A program made the translations under genes and the position numbers. A DNA stretch of 64,000 nucleotides, taken from contig OZ210885.1 of NCBI GenBank assembly GCA_964658305.1, positions 18,228,001 through 18,292,000 on the forward strand. The letters run 5' to 3'. Below the pieces are notes generated by a model. It did no database searches. It was not told where the DNA came from and saw only the letters and a program-made list of their open reading frames with translations. This document shows positions 62,645 to 64,000 of this stretch, piece after piece. The stretch is from Leptogorgia sarmentosa. Taxonomy: Eukaryota. Numbering within the stretch: the stretch's first letter is position 1; each line of letters starts with the position of its first letter.

Positions 62645-64000
62645 TATGAGGGGTTATCAATATCAAAAACTACTCTCGATCGTAAGGAGATTCATCGGGC
62701 CGTAAATCAAACTTCATTGTAAAATTTAATTGCTCGTAGCATGCTCCTATATGTCGTAAATCAAAATGTTTCGTAACTCTCGTAATACTTCGGGTCGTAA
62801 TTATGGTGATACTTCGGGTCGTAATTATGGTGATACCTCGGGTCGTAACTGTCGTAATACTTCCTGTCGTAACTCTCGTGATACTTTGGGTCGTAATTAT
62901 GGTAATACTTCGGGTCGTAATTATGGTAATACTTCGGGTCGTAATTATGGTGATACTTCGGGTCGTAATTATGGTGATACTTCGGGTCGTAATGGTGATA
63001 CTTCGGGTCGTAATTATGGTAATACTTCGGGTCGTAACTCTCGTGATACTTCGGCAAAGACTAAGAATAAAATATACACTCACGCTGACTTCGGGTCGTA
63101 ATTAATACTTCCGGTCAATGACTTCCGGTTGTAATTCTTGTACTCAATTCTAGGCTTTCTCTAGAAGTTTCTGGCGCCGCTTTGTAATTGTTCACTGTTA
63201 TGTTTTCAATCTTTGCAAAATTGCGAATTGGTCGTTTTAAAAATTGTCAACTTTACCGTATCTCCTTTGCTTGAGTTGATATTAACATTATGAACGAGGT
63301 AAGAGTAAACTTTTCTGTGGTTATTACAACTCAACACTGTAGCAAGAAGGCAATACCATGTCCCAAGTCCTCTTAGCCTATGGCATATAGATGGAAACCA
63401 TAAACTAATTAGGTATAAAAAATTAAAGCATTTCTTTATTTTCGAAAACCACATGTAATTGAGCTAATAATGTCTGCCTCCACCGCAGGCTCTTCAGGGA
63501 GTATGACCAGACTGCAGAGTAATGGCATTCCGCAGCCGGAATTTGCATATGCAAATTAGGTATTTAGGCATGCAAAAAGCTTATTGTTCTAAAAAGTGAA
63601 AGTTTGTGTGATGTCTTGAAGGGCTTATTGAACAGCAATACAAAACTGGACAAAGTTGCCATTCATTAACTCAACATTACTTTTAAAGGCAGGTTACAGC
63701 GTCTTAATGTAAACAAATGCTTTGTTTACATACGAGCATCTTATCTGTAGAATATTATGTACTAACTGATTATCTAACACTGTTCTGGTTTGCTATGTTA
63801 TCAAATGATAATAAACCAGAGTTTAATTCAGGAAAAGTTTGCAAGATGCGAAATGTATAAAATGTTTATATCTGTGTGATCCACATTTGTTATGAGCAGA
63901 ATTGATGCGCAGAAGCCACTGTAACCCCCCTTCAAGCGTTTAAATTTCGTGCGCAAGCCATTTTTTTATCTGTTGGATAAGACACACACCCCCGGTTTTA
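62645..64000 (+). mobile_element. Probable left part of an IS3EU-like DNA transposon ending the snRNA array
   Basis: Homology to the U2 flank stops at TATGAGG (62645). Exon-like RRQYHVPSPLSLWHIDGNHKLIR at 63333-63412, followed by GT, resembles an integrase-core DDE motif. The other end is not in the window. Confidence 0.5.
62770..63110. repeat. 24-bp minisatellite (TACTTCGGGTCGTAATTATGGTRA)n
   Basis: About 12 tandem units visible. Confidence 0.92.

Noticed and set aside
62670..63105. Repetitive ORFs (TTRSITII, YDPKYHHN)
   Set aside because: Translations of a 24-bp minisatellite that is open in several frames.

Overview
Animal (invertebrate, possibly anthozoan; taxon is a guess) genomic DNA. 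It is the remains of a minus-strand tandem U2-U1 snRNA gene array (native unit about 1.5 kb, roughly three units), inflated to about 62 kb by insertions. All three U2 copies and one of two U1 copies are interrupted; one U1 (48903-49066) looks intact. At least four diverged Tx1-clade (L1-group) retrotransposon families are present, all co-oriented with the snRNA genes. Families A, C and D use a U2 site at nt 21/22 (TSD TAAGA). Family B uses the first 13 nt of U1 (TSD ACTTACCTGAC). A Utopia-type element with a restriction-like endonuclease sits at U2 nt 38/39 of a gene that also carries a family-A insertion. Secondary insertions: an Academ (XPG-type) DNA transposon, a BEL/Pao LTR element, two CR1/L2-group LINEs, MITEs, a 9-bp-TSD DNA element, a probable IS3EU end, and a 4685-bp near-perfect tandem duplication. 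The most striking unexplained signal is in the Tx1 3' UTRs. They carry covarying RNA structures with an AUUGCAC (U1A/U2B''/SNF-type) loop about 40-50 nt from the 3' end, an Sm-like site, and a 25-nt motif shared by all four families, suggesting that the element RNA mimics the snRNPs whose genes it targets. Family labels A-E are mine.
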